Positions 63,376-64,000 of a stretch of 64,000 nt of DNA are shown here, piece after piece. Within the stretch, counting starts at the first letter, position 1; each line of letters starts with the position of its first letter. This DNA comes from Thermomicrobiales bacterium (GTDB taxonomy: Bacteria > Chloroflexota > Chloroflexia > Thermomicrobiales > UBA6265). Both the position numbers and the translations under genes were made by a program. The stretch is taken from contig JASGDN010000061.1 in the NCBI GenBank assembly GCA_049841275.1, positions 4,784-68,783 on the forward strand. The letters run 5' to 3'. Below the pieces are notes generated by a model. The model searched no databases and was not told the DNA's origin. It saw nothing but the letters and a program-made list of their open reading frames with translations.

Positions 63376-64000
63376 GTGTACTTGATCCTTGGGTCGGCCA
63401 GCGCGTAGATCACGTCGGCGAGCAGGTTGCTGAGCAGGATCATGATGGCGGCGATCAGGTTGATGCCCATCAGCGTGTTGTAGTCACGTCCTTGCACGGA
63501 GGCGATGGCGAGGCTGCCCATTCCGGGCCAGGAGAAGACCTGCTCGATGATGACGGTTCCGCCCAGCAGCATCGGCACGTTCAGCGCGATGATGGTGATG
63601 ATCGGGATCAGGGCGTTGCGGAGGGCGTGGATCATCACGCCGCGCTCGTCCAGTCCCGTCGCCCGGGCGACGGTCACGTAGTCCTGCCGGATCGTCTCCA
63701 GCATGCTCGCCCGGGTGTAGCGGATGATCGGCGCGGCCTGGGCGAGTCCGAGCGCGGTGGCGGGCAGGATCATGTGCGTGAACGAATCCCAGAGCGTGCG
63801 TGGTTGGCCGACCGTGTACATCCCGCTCGTCGGCAACCAGTCGAGCTTCAGCGAGAAGACGTAGATCAGGACTAGGGCCAGGAAGAACGACGGGATGGAA
63901 ACCGTCAGGAATCCCAGGACCGTCAGCAGGTAGTCGATGAACGAATACTGCTTCAGGGCCGAGACGATTCCGAGCGGGACCCCGATGGCGACCGAGATGA
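63372..64000 (-). CDS. ABC peptide/nickel transporter permease (DppB/OppB type), C-terminal part; continues beyond the window end
   Basis: ..DYVTVARATGLDERGVMIHALRNALIPIITI.. and the C-terminal ..LLADVIYALADPRIKYT are the OppB signature. ATGA overlap with the downstream permease. The frame stays open to 64000. Confidence 0.85.
   Translation of the reverse strand, partial: ISVAIGVPLGIVSALKQYSFIDYLLTVLGFLTVSIPSFFLALVLIYVFSLKLDWLPTSGMYTVGQPRTLWDSFTHMILPATALGLAQAAPIIRYTRASMLETIRQDYVTVARATGLDERGVMIHALRNALIPIITIIALNVPMLLGGTVIIEQVFSWPGMGSLAIASVQGRDYNTLMGINLIAAIMILLSNLLADVIYALADPRIKYT

Overview
High-GC bacterial chromosomal window with GGAGG-type ribosome-binding sites and many 4-nt ATGA/GTGA gene overlaps. 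Gene content fits Chloroflexota (Thermomicrobia-like) or Actinomycetota; I cannot resolve this without a database search. I support about 60 protein-coding genes. By eye I found no rRNA, tRNA, CRISPR array, transposase or integrase. The six-frame track is full of long antisense shadow ORFs typical of high GC (for example a 1649-aa ORF opposite gltB), so calls rest on recognisable protein families and motifs. Ordinary content: sugar ABC uptake plus a HutC-type GntR (1-3345), pyrH, acnA, moaC, rtcB, topoisomerase IB, a PucR regulator and glutamine-synthetase-family gene divergent from gltB (35.4-43.5 kb), an iron-siderophore uptake locus (43.8-50.0 kb), and peptide ABC permeases (62.5-64.0 kb). 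A minus-strand sugar-acid block (17.8-30.3 kb: FucU/RbsD, FCD-type GntR, SDR, UxaA-family dehydratase, LutC-B-A, FAH-family enzyme) looks like a non-phosphorylative 6-deoxyhexose route ending in lactate. Part of it is linked by a shared TTGTATACAA operator. Most unusual observations: (i) a visibly lower-GC, translationally coupled four-gene cassette at 25.3-28.3 kb, made of a secreted Trp/Tyr-rich protein, an ABC ATPase and two family-less polytopic membrane proteins (LanFEG-like layout); (ii) a membrane-anchored helicase IV-like protein with an inserted PD-(D/E)xK-like module and C-terminal zinc ribbons, in a decayed accessory region; (iii) an orphan coupled gene pair plus a P-loop NTPase at 16.1-17.8 kb; (iv) at least five accessory genes with frameshifts or nonsense codons while long core genes are intact; (v) two families of short intergenic repeats; (vi) an orphan fused SdhD-SdhC-like membrane protein. 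All family assignments come from reading the translations; no searches were run.
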